Below are positions 24,664 to 37,629 of a stretch of DNA of 64,000 nt, in pieces. The notes below the pieces were generated by a model. The model had not been told where the DNA came from and did no database searches. It saw only the letters and a list, made by a program, of their open reading frames with translations. Origin of the DNA: Blepharisma stoltei ATCC 30299 (Eukaryota > Protista > Ciliophora). The position numbers were made by a program, and so were the translations under genes. Each line of letters starts with the position of its first letter. The first letter of the stretch is position 1. The DNA lies in contig CBFDEM010000020.1 of assembly GCA_965603825.1 (NCBI GenBank), forward strand, positions 310,001 through 374,000, given 5' to 3'.

Positions 24664-26427
24664 ATGGTCATTTTCAGAAATATGAGCATTCTCACGAAAA
24701 CCTCCCTCTCCCTTTGCGCAATTTGTGCCAGCACGATCGCCCTTTTTGAGTATTCCCATGATTACATTACGAATTTGCTCGTTCGCTCTACAAGAACATC
24801 TCTGAGGGAGCCAGAGCTTCGTGATGATGTATATATACTAATGAGAAGGCTATTGACAAGACTTCTAAATGACTCAACTACAAGAGAAAAAGCTTCTGAG
24901 TTCTTCAAGGCGGCCTTGCACTCTGAGAAGCTTGAAAATTCAACTCTGGATGTGACATTAAAGAATATGCAGACAATTGAGTACCAATCTGAAGCTTTAA
25001 ATCTGATGGTAGCCATCTCCGATCATGTATTACGTGATGAAACTTTGAAGATGAAGACCAAAAACCTGTCCTCGACTTATAAGGAAGCAGCAGCATATAT
25101 GCAAAATGTGAAAAAAATAAAAATTGGTAGAAAAAGCCAGGATATATTGAAAGCTGATTTTGAGATGCCTAAAGTCAACTTCAACGAGATGGTTAAAGAA
25201 TATTACCAGGATTATTATGCAGAGCAATTGAAAGAGCTGATCAGAAAGCAAATGAGTCAACATATTTTTAATATCCCAAAGCATGACATTCCAAGACCCA
25301 AAGAAGCAAAAACTGTTCCGATGCTTGGTGCTGTTACTGGTTTCCAAGCAATCACTAATCAACTTGGTGTAGCGTTATCATTACCGATTGAACCTGCTTT
25401 AGAAGCAATTAAATATGATAAGTATGAAATTCTAAGAATTAAGCAGGAGGAAACAAAGAATCTAGAAATTGGGCAAACTTTTGATAAGACTAAAGAAATC
25501 CAATTTGATTTGCAGCCTGAAATTTCTATCCCTCAAAAAACTGAGCAACTGAAATTTGAAGAAAGCATTCCAGCAATTCCGTTTTCAGCTGAAAAAGTAA
25601 TTCCTATTGATCAAGATACAAAGAAATTCGAAGAACAATTTGTTGCTGAAGAAGAAGTAAAAAATCATGACTTTGAAGTGGAAAAGCTTAAAAATGACGA
25701 AGTAAATATAGATGATTTTCTCGAAAAAACAAAGAATCTGATAAAAAGTGCATCATCTTTAGTCTTTGAAGCAGAAGCTCGCCCAGAAACTGAAGTGCTC
25801 AGTAAAGAAGTTTCGATTCCTTTTATAAAGAAAGAGTCCTTGAAAATAAAGAATTTGAAAATTGAAGGTCTGATTCAGAAGTTGAAGCTTGAGTCTTTAG
25901 ACTGGGGCAATGCCAAGGTTGATGAATCTTTTCATGTTGAGCTTCAGAGTCCAGAAAATGCTCAGGATCAAGAGTCATTTGTAAGAGAGCCTTTAAACAT
26001 TGATTCCTTAAAACTTGAGAGTGTACAGATCGAAGAGCCATTTCACGTTGATTTATTAGGCCCTGAAAGAAATGAGAGCCAAGAAATATCTGCTAAAAAT
26101 TCAATGGATCTCGAATCATTAAACTTAGAAAAAGCAAATATAGACGAATCATTCCATATAGATTTAATGAGTCCTGAAAGTATTGGGGAAAAAGAAGTAT
26201 CAGCTGCCCCTTTATCAGCTGATGCAAATAATTTAGCTTTTGAAAGCTTGGAAAGTGCTCTCGAATTTCACAAGAAAGAAATTCTTCAGAATTCAGAAGG
26301 CCACATTCTAGAAGCTATGAAAGAACTCACTGATGAGATTGAGAGTTTTGGATCCCCTATGAAATTTGAAAGCATTGAAAAAGATTTACTATTGGAACGC
26401 ATTGAAAGTCAACACATAAAATACTAA
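24664..26427 (+). CDS. Hypothetical protein with N-terminal hydrophobic segment and three 37-aa acidic repeats
   Basis: 587-codon ORF with no TGA; repeats ESL.....IDESFHV(D/E)L.SPE. Confidence 0.75.
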   Translation: MVIFRNMSILTKTSLSLCAICASTIALFEYSHDYITNLLVRSTRTSLREPELRDDVYILMRRLLTRLLNDSTTREKASEFFKAALHSEKLENSTLDVTLKNMQTIEYQSEALNLMVAISDHVLRDETLKMKTKNLSSTYKEAAAYMQNVKKIKIGRKSQDILKADFEMPKVNFNEMVKEYYQDYYAEQLKELIRKQMSQHIFNIPKHDIPRPKEAKTVPMLGAVTGFQAITNQLGVALSLPIEPALEAIKYDKYEILRIKQEETKNLEIGQTFDKTKEIQFDLQPEISIPQKTEQLKFEESIPAIPFSAEKVIPIDQDTKKFEEQFVAEEEVKNHDFEVEKLKNDEVNIDDFLEKTKNLIKSASSLVFEAEARPETEVLSKEVSIPFIKKESLKIKNLKIEGLIQKLKLESLDWGNAKVDESFHVELQSPENAQDQESFVREPLNIDSLKLESVQIEEPFHVDLLGPERNESQEISAKNSMDLESLNLEKANIDESFHIDLMSPESIGEKEVSAAPLSADANNLAFESLESALEFHKKEILQNSEGHILEAMKELTDEIESFGSPMKFESIEKDLLLERIESQHIKY

Positions 26428-26630
26428 AATAATCTGAATTATTAAAATATTAAATTATAAACAAATTTAATTTAAAAATACTTCATTTATTTATGTAGAT
26501 AAAAATTTAAATCTAAGTAACTATCACTCAATTGATGCAATTTTTTAAATTGCAAAATTTTAATTTTTTTAACTTGAGTATTATAATACTTTTAAATAGA
26601 TTTTTACGTCAATGCTTAAAAAACTTAAAA

Positions 26631-29060
26631 TTAAGATAAGTGTTGAGATTTGGCTGGGAGCCTCCTCAATGATCTTTTGATTTTTTTTAATTCTTCATGC
26701 GTTGGTATTTTTTCCCCTGATTCTATCATATTTATCTCTTCTGCAGAAATTTCGGTAATTTTGGCTAATTCTTCAATAGAAACTCCTTTTTCTTCTCTTT
26801 GGGCTTTAAGTGTAGCAATATTGTGTGTTAAGCTGTTGCCATTTTCCGAAACCATATCCGATGGAGAAGACATTGTTTCCAAGGCTCTTCCATTAAGTGG
26901 AGAGCTGTCTGCTAAAGGTTTTTCACGCATCGGAACTTCAGTTTCGCTTTGATTTGCTCTTCTTCTTCTCTCAAGTCTTTCTCTTCTCTCAGTGTCGCGC
27001 TTCTTCGGAGTCCTTGCAATAGTTTTGTCTAATGCCAGACTGTTCTTGCAGCACTCTTCCTGAGTCCAATAGATCATGGCTCCGATGAATCTCAGAAACA
27101 ATATTCCGACTCCAACAAAAGCTATAGCGTAAACGAACCACCTCCTACTTGTATGCCCCCCATCTTGGGAAGTTTTATCAAGAAGATTTAAATAGTAAGC
27201 AAAGGCTGAATTGCATAGGGCCCACACCATTGCCCATTTGGTTCGAAATTCTTCAAATTCTTCAACTCTTTTTTTTTCTTCTTCAGTCATTTGGTCTGGT
27301 CTGTTTCCCCAGCTGCAATCATGGATATTGCAGATTGCATATGTCAAGAACACGTTAACATATGTTGGAGTCATCAGAATAAATTGAACAGCTCCTTTGG
27401 AAACTGTGAGGGCTGCACGGTTAATCAACGATACAAACGCAAATATCGCGATTGTGGCAATCATGAATGGAAGAATTCAGTTGAAGTCAGACAAACCTTT
27501 GAAGATGTACAAGAACATCAATACTGTCGTGAATATCATAAAGACGCCATAAGCGTAAGATACTATTTTGTAAACTTCTTCAACTCTAGCAGGCTTAACT
27601 CCAAGAGATAAAAATATAACAACAATAATGACAGTTATATAGAGAACGACAAGCCAACTTCCTACTCATGCTGTATCTCCAGAAAAAAGACCTCTCATTG
27701 CAATAGCAAATGCTAAAAAGAATGTCCCAACCATAAACCATGTGAAAGCCACACTGACAGAATAATAGAACATTTGAAAAGTGAACCAGAACTTCCTGCA
27801 GCAGCTGTGATTTGAGTAATAAATTACGTCTGCTCTCCTAAGAGAGTCAATAAGAGCAAACCAAGAACCGTTAATCCACCTTCTTCTCTGCGACATTAGC
27901 ACTGATAACTTTTCGGGAACATCAGTTTCAGCTACTGATTTTTTAACGTATCTTAGCAAATAATTGCAATCCTTTTTGCTGACTAAAGCAAGGCACAGCA
28001 CTCTGTCTTCAGCTAAGTAAATGTTTGACTGAAAAGCATTCATTAAGTAGGGATGACAAATCGATTTGAAATAATCTTCCCATAAAGGCTCACCTTGCAA
28101 GGCTTCTCACCTGTAGGCACTGAAAGCTCCAGGCAACACCGTGATATATCCGATAATACTTTCCAGAGCTTTATCGAACATATGGCTGATTTTGTATTCG
28201 ACCAGCTGAGCCATCTGCACCATATTCCAGAAATTAGGATCCATAACTGTAATTTCTCCACAGCATCCAGCAATTCTCTCATCAGTCCTCATAGCTTCAT
28301 ATAGATAGAATAACGACTTCGGTAATGGTTTGGTTCCTATATCAAGAAGCATCACATACTTCGGCTGAAACATCTCACAAAACCCTCCGAAAAACCAAAG
28401 ATGAGTGTTTAGTTTTCTCTTATTTTTTTGTTTTATGCACAAAATAGTTTGTAGCCCCAGCTGGCAGTCACCAAAGTAGTGAGTTTTCATAAAGCAATGA
28501 GCGAACTCATCATCGTCAGTTTCTCCCGGGATTTTACATTTTTGCAGATCATCGCCTTCAGGCTTGAAAAAATCTTTCACTGCATTCTCATCAAAAAACT
28601 GGCTGAAAAATGGCTTTTGTTTGTTGTAAGTTTGCAAAAATGGTCTCATACCGTCAACTATAATTACCGTACAAATTTTCTCAGGCGCGATGCCAGCTAA
28701 TCTGAAATCGTCGAGATTGTCTGCGATACCGTGCATCGTGTCTGTGAAATTTTTTACGTCTTCATTGTACATAGCTACAACAATCAGGAATTCCACTTTT
28801 GTATTTTCTTCGTCATAAAGGAGGTTTTTAAAAATACTTTCACGAAATCTAGTGTCTGGGGCGATGGGTGCTAGTCCAATTGTTTCTTTAAGGTTTACAT
28901 ATTCTTTACCTTCGTGATGGTTTGTCGTCATAATTTTTAGGAGTTTAAGCGGCTGATAGACGATTGGTGAAGGTTTATCTGTCGGTTGGACGACCTCTGG
29001 CTCTTTGCTTGCTTCAATTTTTTGTAGCTGAGGTTTGCTTGCATTCTCTAATTTACTCAT
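26631..29060 (-). CDS. Chitin synthase (GT2) paralog A with C-terminal HTH
   Basis: AMYNE, KQKNKRKLNTHLWFF, LLDIGT, GCCGEI, VLPGAFSAYR-W(TGA), LAEDRVLC, AETDVP, QRRRW, HDCSWG; 809 aa. Confidence 0.95.
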
Positions 29061-29443
29061 TTTATTTATCTATAATTTTTGGAAAAGTGTGTGAAAAATG
29101 GATCTTGATATAGGCTATCAGTGGAAAATTCAAATTAATTCCAAAAAAACAATGAAGATACAAATTATATTAAAAATCAACCATTTATTAGTCGATTTAA
29201 TGGCAGAACAATTTATTAGCCCAATATTATTAAAAACTACTTTTGTCGTTATCTTAATTAAGGAAGGCTTAAAGTGTTTTATAAATTTGTGATAATATAT
29301 ATGCGAGCAGCGAAAAAAATAAGCTAGGAGGAAAGTTAACAATCTTAATTTTATAATCCATAATTTACTTACATTTTTGTAAAAATTATAGAAAATATAG
29401 ATGTATAAAAAATATATTACTTCCATTTTAGTTTTCGATATCT

Positions 29444-31783
29444 ATGTCAAAAATAATCCAATCCAGAAGCCACAAAGAAATAATAAGCTCTGCAAGCTTG
29501 AAGGCAGAAATTATCTACCAACCTTTGAAGCTGCAGAAAAAAATGATCGAAAATTTTGATGAAAAGCAATCCAAGAGGCTTGAGTGCGTGAATGGATTAG
29601 TGTGAATTGATCCAGACACAAATTTTCGTGAAAGTTTTTGTAAAGACCTAATTTACAATACACAAATTGAATTTCTCATCGTCGTTGCAATGTATAATGA
29701 ATCAAAAGAGCATCTTACCCATACGCTAAACGGTATTTCAGAAAACCTTGAAGAGTTCAAGTGCGCTGGAATCCCTCCTGAAAGAGTTTGTACAATCATC
29801 ATCGTTGATGGGATGGAGCCATTTCTAAAAACTTTCTATAAGCCTGAAGAAAAGTTCTATTTTGAGCAGTTTTTTGATGAAAAGAAAATTAAGGACTTCT
29901 TCAAAGTCGAAAATCTGCTGGACTGCAAAATTCCTGAAGAAACTGAAGACGATGAGTTTGCGCACTGTTTTATGAAAACCCATTATAATTATAAGTACAA
30001 ATATGGGATGCAAACAATCTTTTGTGTGAAGCAAAAAAACAGGAGAAAACTAAATACGCATTTATGATTCTTTGGAGGATTTTGTGAGATGTTTCAGCCA
30101 AAATATGTGATGCTTCTCGATGTTGGTACAAAACCTTTGCCTAAATCATTATTTTACCTATATGAAGCCATGGAAGAAGACGGGAGAATTGCAGGATGCT
30201 GCGGAGAAATCACTCCGATGGAGCCTAATGTTTGAAGTTTGCTTCAAATGGCTCAAATGGTCGAGTATAAAATAAGTCATATTTTTGATAAGGCACTAGA
30301 AAGTGTAATAGGATATATCACTGTCTTGCCAGGAGCTTTCAGCGCTTACCGATGGAAAGCTTTGCAAGGTGATCCCTTATGGGAATTTTACTTCAAGTCT
30401 TTTTGCCATCCTGAAAAGATGGATGCTTTTCACTCGAACATTTACCTTGCCGAAGACAGAGTTCTTTGCCTAGCCCTTGTAAGTAAAAAAAACAATGACT
30501 ATTTGTTGAGATATGTAAAAAAATCAGTTGCAGAAACTGATGTTCCTGATAAACTTTCAGTCTTAATGGCTCAAAGACGTAGATGAATAAATGGATCATG
30601 GTTTGCATTGATCGATACACTTAGGCGAGCAAGCTCCCTCTATCATTCCAATCATAGTCGGTTCAGAAAATGTCTTTTCTTTATCCAAATGGTTTATTAT
30701 GCAGTAAACGTGGCTTGCAGCTGATTTAGTGTAGGCGCTTTCTTTTTAGCGTTCAATATATCTATGAGAAACTACTTTGATGGTAATTCAGCTCCTCAGT
30801 GGATAGGCAACTTGTTCGTGTCAGTCTATGTAACAGCAATCATTCTGATTATTTTTCTATCACTTGGTGTTAAGCCCCGAAAAGCAGAAGATGTATATAA
30901 AGTGATTTCCTACTGCTATGGCTTGTTTATGGTCTTTACCATTGCAATGATGATTATTTTCCTGTATCATTCTATTCAGAATTTCAATTGGTTCCTTCCA
31001 CTCATAGTGGCTTCCTTTTTTATCTTTGGAATCACTATGATTCTTAATTGCGCAGCCCTGAAAGTTGTCAAAGGGGTGGTGCATTTTATATTACTGAGTC
31101 CAACCTATATAAATGTCTTTCTAATTTATGCTATTTGCAACTTTCATGACTGCACTTGGGGAAATAGACCTGACCAAATGACTGTAGAAGAAAAAAATAA
31201 GCTCGAAGAGTTCGAAGCCTTTCGCACACGGTGGGCTTCTGTCTGAGCCTTATGTAATTTAGCATTTGTATATTATTTGAATATTGCTGATAAAGAATCA
31301 TCCGAAAACCGTGATATGAAGTGGTTTATTTACTCAATTGGCTTCATCGGATTTGGAATCTTGGCGTTCAGATTTATTGGAGCAATGCTTTATTTAATGC
31401 AAGAGCATTTCTGCACTCGCATTATGAAGCCAAAGAGTGAAAGTGATTGGCATATTAATGAGGAAAAAGAAGAAATTGTACTGAATCATAAAGAAGCCTC
31501 TATCGTACCCTCTATTAATTATGAGAAAAAGAGATCCAGCTTAATTTCGGAAGAAAACCATTCAGAAAGGCATATGAATAGCATAGAAACGAAAGAAAAT
31601 CAAGAAATTCAGCCTGTGTACAAGTTCAAAACGATGAAAGTAGGCGCGAAAGACAATTCCCCTATTAATGGCGAGGAATATTTGAACGATATCACAACGG
31701 ATAGAGATGAAAGCGGAATTCAAAAAATAAGACGAAGAAAAACGCTTTTTGGCTTACTCGCGAAGAAAAAGTCTGATTTATAA
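29444..31783 (+). CDS. Chitin synthase (GT2) paralog B
   Basis: Same motif set; QRRR-W encoded by TGA 30584; ATG 29444 in frame; stop TAA 31781-31783. Confidence 0.95.
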
Positions 31784-31830
31784 TGAATATATGCATTAAC
31801 TTATTTTTTGGATTAACCTTGAAATTAAAA

Positions 31831-34182
31831 TTACGACTTCCTGGTTTGCAATAAATAACCTAAAAAGGTTTTTTTACGCTGTTTAGAGCTCTGGGCAATA
31901 TCTGATTCTTTAACCTCAATATTGTCTTTGGAAACATCTATGGTGTCCGACAAATTATTATTTTTCTTTTCATGGTCAGCGACAGATATAGAGCTGTCTT
32001 TACCTGCGATATCAGATAATGGATATTTTTCTAAGTCGTGACTGTTTTCTGCACTCTTATTCAAAATATTCGTTTCAATTTCCATATCAGACCTTCTCCG
32101 ATCCTCACTCCTTTTGCTAATTCGTTCGAGTCTATTAGTTTCCCTTCTTGAAATTGCAGGTACTACACTAGGTAGGGTCTTCAGTCTTTTCTTGCAACAG
32201 AACTCTTGAATCAAATAAATTGTTGCTCCCAGAAATCTTAGCAGCATAATGATATATCCGATATATCCAACTGCATAGATAAACCATCTAGATGATGAGC
32301 CATCTGATGAAGTTTTATCTATAATATTCAAGTAATATGCAAATGCTGCATTGCATAATACCCAAATGACAGCCCATTTCGTGCGGAATTCTTCAAATTC
32401 TTCAAGCTTTTTCGTTTCTTCAGCAGTCATTTGGTCTGGCCTGCTTCCCCAGGTACAGTCGTGGATGTTGCAAATTGCATAAACAAGCAGCATATTTACA
32501 TAGGTAGGAATCATTAAAACGAAATGAACGATTCCTTTCAGAATTGTTAAAAGCGCACAGTTGAGCATAAAAATAACAATAAACATACTCACACCGCTGA
32601 GAAGTACTGGAAGGACTCAATCAAAATCTTGGAGTTTAATGAAAATGTAAATTCCGACCATTGCTACTGTATAAACCATGAATAAGCTATAGCAATATGA
32701 AATAACTTTGAAAGAATGTTCAGCTTTTCCAGGTTTTACTCCAAGAGACATAGTAAAAACTATGATTATAATAGTGACATAAGCAACAATAAGTCAGTCT
32801 CCAAGCCAAATAAAATTTGGATAATTATTAAAAAAATGCCTTACTGCGATTGCAAAGGATAAAAAAAATGTTCCAACCATAAACCACGAAAAAATGACAA
32901 TTCCTAAATAGTAAATCATTTGAAATGAAAAGAGCAGTTTTCTGCAGCAGCTGTGTTTTGATTCATAAATAGTGTTTGCTCTCCTAATAGAATCTATCAA
33001 TGCAAACCAAGAACCGTTGATTCATCTACGCCTTTGCACCATTAATGAAGAAAGCCCATCAGGGACATCTGTTTCCGCAACCGAATTTTTTACATATCGT
33101 AGAAGATAGTTACAGTCCTTTTTACTTACAAGTGCAAGACAAAGGACTCGGTCTTCAGCAAGATAAATATTTGAATGGAAAGGATCCATATCTTCGGGGT
33201 GGAAAAGAGATTTAAAATAATGTTCCCAAAGAGGATCTCCTTGCAAAGCTTCCCATCTGTAAGCACTAAAAGCTCCAGGCAATACTGTGATATAACCTAT
33301 AACACTTTCAAAAGCCTTATCAAAGATGTGAATTAGCTTATATTCTACTAATTGGGCCATCTCCACTAAATTTCAAAAATCAGGCTCCATTACTGTAATT
33401 TCTCCACAGCAGCCAGCAATTCTCGGATCAGTTTCCATTGCTTCATATAAATAAAGCAGTGATTTCCTCAGAGGTTTAGTCCCTACATCAAGCAAAACCA
33501 CATACTTGGGTTGGAACATCTCGCAAAACCCTCCAAAGAACCACAGATGAGTATTTAACTTTCTTTTATTTTCTTGCTTTACGCAAAAAATCAATTGCAG
33601 ATTATGCGGGCTATCTCCAAATGGTTCGCTTTTCATAAAGCAGTGAGCAAATTCATCATCTTCAGCTTGATTAGGTATTTTGCAGTCTAATAAATTTTCA
33701 ACCTTAAAAAAATGTTTAATTTCTTCTTCATTGAAAAATTCCTGGAAAAAGCTTTTTTGTTTACTATAAGTTTCTAAAAAGGCTTTCATTCCATCTACTA
33801 TAACAACGACACAAATTTTTTCTGGAGGAATTCCAACTTGCCGAAAATAATCTAGATTTTCAGAAATCCCATTAATAGTGTCTTTGAAGCTTTTAAGGTT
33901 TTCATTGTACATTGATACAGCGATTAAAACTTCTACTTTAGTTTTTTCGCAATATATTAGGTTTTTAAAAAAACTATCATGAAAATTTGTGTCTGGAGAA
34001 ACTCATTTCAGCCCAGAAACTTCACTGATTGCTTTATTATTTATAGTACTCATTGTTTTGAATAGAAGCATGGGCTGGTATATTAGCTCTGACGAATCAT
34101 TAGATGCTCGGTTAGAGTTTCTTTCTTTTGTCGAGGATCATCTTCTAAAGCTCGCTTGGGTTGCTTCGTTATACATAGACAT
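31831..34182 (-). CDS. Chitin synthase (GT2) paralog C
   Basis: Same motif set; QRRR-W encoded by TGA 33022-33024; ATG 34182 in frame via TGA. Confidence 0.95.
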
Positions 34183-34899
34183 TTCTTCTGCAATTTATGA
34201 GAAATTATGCATTTTATCATTCCTATATGTTTATGGGCGATTTCTGAAGATAGGAAAGAATTTATAAAATTTTTGGGAGTTAAATTTTAAAACAATGTTT
34301 ACTTTAAAAAATTGTTAATTTAAATCCTACCATAAGCTGATTTAATTAAAATCTAATAATTAGCACTACTTTTGAATTTTCTAGAATCTAAAAACAAAAA
34401 ACTACTTTTTGTGATTATTTGTGCATTTTTAAATTGTTTGAATACAGATTAATAAGTTAAAATATGCGTTTTTCTATAGTATGCTTTTCCCTATTCTTTG
34501 CCTTTTTAGTAGTATAATACGTCTGCAGATAATCTAACTTAATTTTTTATTTATTAATTATATACTTTAATTGAATTGCTAACCTTTTATATCTTAGATT
34601 ATTGGGATATGGCTTTCTTCGATTATGAAAATAGAGTATTCATAATTCATTTAAGTATTGTGATATATTTCTTTGAGCCTTAAGCAAAATTTATCAGTTC
34701 TTAAAAGTAATAAGAAGCTAAGAAAAATTAATAAATACCATATCATTCCTTAGCTTTCTTATTCTGGAATTCATCATATAAAGTATAGCAATTATCTCTT
34801 AAATATTGAATTCATAGCTTATGCATGCTTTAATTTTAGAAAAATATATCAATTTTGAATTTCATCTTATTTCAAATATCGTTAATTTTTAAAAATCAA

Positions 34900-37056
34900 A
34901 TGGCAAAAGTTCCTATCCAAGTCTACATCCGCTTTCGTCCTCTTTCTCCTCGAGAATTCGACCTCGGTGAAAGCATAGTTTGAAATCTAAACAAAAACAC
35001 TGTTTCCATAGAATCTGATGAAATAAGTATTTTAACTCAAGAGCGGAGGCTTTCTCCCAACTATAATCCTACCTTTCATTTTGATCACTGTTTTTCATGG
35101 GAGGACAACAACTCAGTGGTCTATAATAAAGTAGCTCGAGAAGTTGTTTTATCAGCTTTAGACGGCTATAATGCAACAATTTTCGCATATGGGCAAACAG
35201 GATCTGGAAAAACTTTCACTATGCTTGGAGAACAAGAAGAAATTCAAGAGTCATTAGTACTGACTCAAAGAATTGCTAATATTTCTGATGATGATTGCTT
35301 GAGAATAAAAAACTCACAAAAAAATTCACCAACAAAGCAGCCAACCAAGCTTGATACCACAAAAAGATTTGAACAAAAGAACAAAGGTATTATAGTAGCT
35401 GCCTTAGAAGATATTTTTTCTGCTACTCAAGATTGCTGCGACAGCAGATTTTTCTTTACTTGCTCTTATATGGAAATTTACAATGAGCATGTATATGATT
35501 TATTAAAAAACCCAGAAGAATTCACCAATGAAATTCTTAATGTCATTGAAGGCCCTGACAAAGAGTTTTTCGTAAGAGGCCTTGGCGAGCAAGTCGTGAA
35601 CTCTATTGACGAAGTCCTTGAAAAGTTAGCAAAAGGAGAAGAAAATCGGCATTATGCAGCCACCAACTTAAATCACCATTCTTCAAGATCACACACAATT
35701 TTTAGACTTAATGTAAGAAGCTTGAAAATGATTCCAAAGCAAAAAGTGCAAGACGAAGACGAGAGCTTTGAAAATCTCGCAATTGAAAGTGTATTAAATT
35801 TTGTAGACCTTGCAGGTAGTGAAAGAGTCAATAGTGTGCAAGCTGTTGCTGAAACTGAGAGAGGAAGAGGTGGCCAATTTTCGGTGATTTCTACAAAATC
35901 AGATATCGATAAAGTATTGGCAGAAGGGAAAAATATTAATACAAGCCTTTTCTATCTTTGCCAAGTCATTAACAAGCTTTCAGAGAAAAAACTGGGAATC
36001 ATCAAAAATGACTCCCACATACCATTCCGAAATTCCAATTTAACTAAAATATTGAGAAGCTCTTTAGGAGGAAACGCAAGAACTTGCATTATATGTACAG
36101 CTACTGCAGCAAGATCCCAGTTTGAACAGACCCTAAGCACTTTGAGGTTTGGAAACAGTGCTAGAAGTATAACAAATAAAGTTAGAGCAAACATTAGGAC
36201 AGAAACCAATACGCAATTGCTACTGACATATGAACAAGATATAGCCAACTTAAAACGAGAAGTCGAACTTGCATACCAAAAAGACAAGCTGTTTAGCCAT
36301 GAAATTTCGAACGTGAAGCAACAACTGGAACAAAAAGTCAATCATCTCTGTAAGAAAGTCTATGCTAAATATCAGCCAAATATAGAATGATATACAATTG
36401 AAAAGACTATTAAGTCATGGGCTCCTGGAATTGGAGAAGTTTTCTTATCAAAGCATTTGTATAAAGAAAATATTTTGCATTGGGATAATTATGAATTTAG
36501 TGAGGAAGGGTATGAGTGTGTCAAGAACTTGAAAGAAGCTTCTGCCACTAAAAAGCAGCTCTTAAGAAAATTAGGGGACTTAAAAAACTCATCAAGCTGC
36601 CTGGGATTAGCAAACCTTTCACTCCAAAAAGAGCTAGAAAAGTACAAAACTCTTGTTGAAGGAGAACTGACCGAAAAGAAATCATTGCAAACTGAATTAA
36701 CTGAAATCAAAAAGGAAATCGTAGAGCTGCACGATTCAATTGATATGTATGAAATTGGGAAAGGCCTGGAAGAGCTCAGTGATGAGAAGCTAGCTGAATT
36801 CGAGCGCAGCATCTTGCTTAGGATTGATAACGTGAAACAAGAAAGAGCACTGAGAGGATACACAGCATTAATAAAAAAGATCCAAGCAAAAGTTATAGGC
36901 CAAGTCGATGATGAAACTTTTAGGCAATTATTTGGAAGCACAGACCTTGACTGGGGAATTAAATCAATTGAAGCAGCAAACCCGTCAAGGAGCAATCTCG
37001 ATACGTCGATAAGCACTGTAAATACAGAGTCTCCACTTCCACTATCACTTTCTTAA
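34900..37056 (+). CDS. Kinesin motor protein, kinesin-7/CENP-E-like
   Basis: VYIRFRP, AYGQTGSGKT, NHHSSRSH, DLAGSE, HIPFRNSNLTKILRSSLGGNART; coiled-coil tail; two TGA. Confidence 0.93.
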
Positions 37057-37297
37057 GTTATAATTTTTCAAATAAATTTTAGCAATAAATAATCATCTAT
37101 AAGCAACATTGAGGAGTGTGCAATTATCTAATGAATCTAATTTATTGATATGGGGCTCAATATATACAAAACCAGTTTTAAAACTCAAGAGTTGTTTTAA
37201 TTATAGCAGCAACAAAAGAATGGCGAAATAATTAGAACATGGACATTTTCCAGTATCTGAGAGTAATAAAACTTATCTGAGCTGTAAATAATTATTT

Positions 37298-37525
37298 ATG
37301 GGAGCTATCTGTACCAAACAGTCTTCAATCAAGGTGCGCAATTGCATGATAGAACGAAGCCGGAGAACTAAAACGGCTGTATTAGGAGAATTAAGCACCG
37401 AAAATGGCTCATGCAAGCTTGACATTTCATCAAGTGCTCTTTATCAAAACCGAATAAAAAAGCTAAAAAAAGATGGGAATAATTTCTCAGTTCTTCAGAT
37501 TAGAACTCCAAGTGCAGATTCATAA
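37298..37525 (+). CDS. Small protein with predicted N-myristoylation/palmitoylation (MGAIC)
   Basis: 75-codon ORF; MGxxC N-terminus typical of dually acylated proteins. Confidence 0.55.
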   Translation: MGAICTKQSSIKVRNCMIERSRRTKTAVLGELSTENGSCKLDISSSALYQNRIKKLKKDGNNFSVLQIRTPSADS

Positions 37526-37629
37526 AATATAACTTAAATTGATGTATTTTTATATATTTCACTAGAATTTACTGCTATATTTTCACTCATTAATAAAAAC
37601 AAATACTTAGTGCTTATAAAAAATATAAA

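Noticed and set aside
29098-29426. Two short ORFs between chitin synthases A and B
   Set aside because: Low-complexity AT-rich translations in a divergent promoter region.
35952-37016. Antisense ORFs here and over other coiled-coil genes (e.g. 44628-47458, 55513-55827, 61165-61941)
   Set aside because: S/F/L-rich shadows of E/K-rich sense codons.
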